From NCBI RefSeq assembly GCF_037042905.1, contig NC_087256.1, positions 8,494,001 to 8,558,000 on the forward strand: a DNA stretch of 64,000 nucleotides, written 5' to 3'. Position numbers and translations under genes: made by a program. This document shows, piece by piece, positions 61,912 through 64,000 of the stretch. The notes beneath the pieces are model-generated. The model did not search any database. It saw only the letters and a program-made list of their open reading frames with translations, and was not told the origin of the DNA. The DNA is from Lytechinus pictus. Lineage: Eukaryota. Position 1 is the first letter of the stretch, and every line of letters starts with the position of its first letter.

Positions 61912-62005
61912 TGTTTTGTTGTCTTCACGATTTTTATTACATTTTACTTCTTCTTATAAATGCCTTGCGGATTGCGGAACCAAATTCATTTTTATCAATG
62001 ACAGG

Positions 62006-62066
62006 ATGAAGGGCCACACCAGCTGCTTCGTTTTGCTGATAAAAGTTATATCCATCTTCGCTCAAG
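62006..62066 (+). CDS. Possible signal-peptide first coding exon of a gene continuing beyond the window
   Basis: Acceptor-like ACAG at 62004; ATG-initiated MKGHTSCFVLLIKVISIFAQ; strong phase-1 donor AAG|GTAAGT. No downstream exon is visible. Confidence 0.3.
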
Positions 62067-62600
62067 GTAAGTTGGAAAATAATTTCTTTGAAGATAAGAT
62101 TAAATAAGTATTTTTATGAAATGTGTATAATAAAGATGAATGATTTTGAATACATGCAAGCGTTGTATATAGCACAAAAGGAATGAATATAAGGTATGAT
62201 TTTTATGTTAACAGTAGGCCTACATTTTTGCAATCTAAGTACAAAAACATTTAATCAACTCTTATCAACACATACCGTGAAATTATTTCAGGACATGCAG
62301 GATGGTTTGGAAATATTGGACACTATCGAATTATTATTTTTTTATATAACCTTGCCTAAAGAAGAACAAGCATGAAATTGATTTATAAAAAGGGAACTTT
62401 TTTTTTCTTTTTGAAAAGTATGTTTTTTTTTTCATTTTATCTATGTCAATGATTATAATATGTGTCTTAAATCCGGCGCCATTTTGTTAAAGAAGCTTTC
62501 AACTGGGCTTCTTTTCCGCTCTTTTTTACAAAAATGGTTCGTTTTTCCTTGCAATTGGCTCCGATAATTTACTGCATAAATTAGTCATTATTAATTATAA

Positions 62601-63196
62601 AGGACAAGTCCACCCCAACAAAAAGTTTATTTGAATAAAAAGAAAAAAACCCCACAAACATTACATTGAAAATTTCATCAAAATCGGATGTAAAATAAGA
62701 AAGTTATGACATTTTAAAGTTTCGCTTAGTTTCACAAAACAGTTATATGCACATCTTGGTCGGTATGCAAATGAGGAGACTGATGACGTCATCCACTCAC
62801 TATTTCTTTTGTATTTTATTATATGAAATATTCTAATTTTCTCCTCATTGCCAAGTGAAACAATGATTAATTCCTCCCTGAACATGTGGAATTAGCATTG
62901 TTTAATACTCTATGGTTCAATCAAGTTGGTCCTTATTGTCAAATCTGTAAAAAAAAGAAATATTGTATAATTCAAACAATAAATAACAAAGGAAATAGTG
63001 AGTGAGGGAGATCATCGTCTGTCTCATTTGCATGTCACTGAGTTGTGAATATCACTGTTTTGTAAAAAATAAGCAAAACTTAAAATGTCATAACTTTCTT
63101 ATTTTACATCCGATTTTGATGAAATTTTCAGCGATATACTCGTTTGATTTTTCTCTATTTATTCAGATCAAAATTTTACTGGAATGGACTTGACCT
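62601..63196. mobile_element. Kolobok/T2-type MITE (AGGACAAGTCCAC family)
   Basis: ATAA|AGGACAAGTCCAC ... TGGACTTGACCT|TTAA; close to 27048-27636. Confidence 0.82.
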
Positions 63197-63694
63197 TTAA
63201 AGGATCCAAAACACATTAATTGTAATATTGTAATTTAATTATAGGCCTAATATTGTCGAACAATCCATTGTGCTATGTTTCACTGAAGCGATGTTACTAT
63301 GAAAATTTCCCTTTACTAATAACAATGGCATCCACTGCGTCAACCCCCTGAATCATCCCCAAAAATTTCCATGGGGTGCTGCGTGTGTTATTTTCCATAG
63401 GCAGCACATCCTGGAAATCTGATATAGGTGTGATAAATTACAGAATCAATGAAATGAAAATTAACATTTTGTAGAACCCCCCCCCCCCCTCACTTTAGAA
63501 TTTTCCTACACGGTGCTTGGAATAGTGTTTAAATTCACCCTTTTTCAGATCGGAATATCAAAAATATTTTCTGCTCGCGCTTCGCACTCGTATTATTGAT
63601 TTTCATAATTAAAAAACTGTATTTAGAATGCCCAGATTCTAAATCTAAACATGCGCACGCATGTTTATTTAGATACACAGCTTTTTTTATTTAA

Positions 63695-64000
63695 AGGGGT
63701 ATTCCGGGTTGAAAATATTTATATCTAAATAAATTTTATCAAAATCTGATCACAAATAATTATATTATTTAATTTTGGAAGTTTAGCAATATCTTGTGTA
63801 AACAGTGATATGCACGTCTTCATGAATATATAATAGGTGAGTTGATGATCTCACATCCCCACTAACCTTTTCTTATGTTACTACAAAGAATTAAAATTGT
63901 TATTTTTTCATACAAGTGTGAATGATAATATGTCTCCCTTGTAATGAAGTAAGTTGCAGCAAAGAATATCTAATGCACTAAATCAGTTGTCAAGTCAATA
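63695..64000. mobile_element. Partial Kolobok-type MITE running off the window end
   Basis: TTAA|AGGGGTATTCCGG; similar to 20552-21143. Confidence 0.65.

Overview
AT-rich, intron-containing animal genomic DNA. The repeat families and gene set suggest an echinoderm, probably a sea urchin (inference). Four spliced host genes can be assembled with consistent GT-AG sites and intron phases. (1) A CHST8-14/HNK-1ST-family carbohydrate sulfotransferase (+, 920-6061). (2) An unnamed ~1300-aa membrane protein built from two LDLa-EGF-mucin cassettes, a TM helix and a Tyr-rich tail (+, 9079-19032). (3) A BRCT-containing X-family DNA polymerase of the Pol mu/TdT lineage (-, 46387-29478), with a 72-aa Loop2 region and mixed mu/TdT/lambda signatures. 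(4) SMIM8 (+, 46943-48184), head-to-head with the polymerase. Autonomous-type mobile elements: an intact DD34E Tc1 in intron 4 of gene 2; an intact CsRn1-type Gypsy LTR retrotransposon (710-bp LTRs with no mismatch seen, tRNA-Trp PBS, predicted -1 frameshift pseudoknot) nested in a Harbinger-like MITE; and a decayed LINE. Non-autonomous elements: a tRNA-derived SINE, Helentron/HINE-like elements carrying satellites, and many nested MITEs (Kolobok-, hAT-, piggyBac-, Harbinger- and Foldback-like). There are three assembly gaps. No CRISPR array or prokaryotic system is present. Comparisons to vertebrate proteins are from memory and need alignment to confirm.
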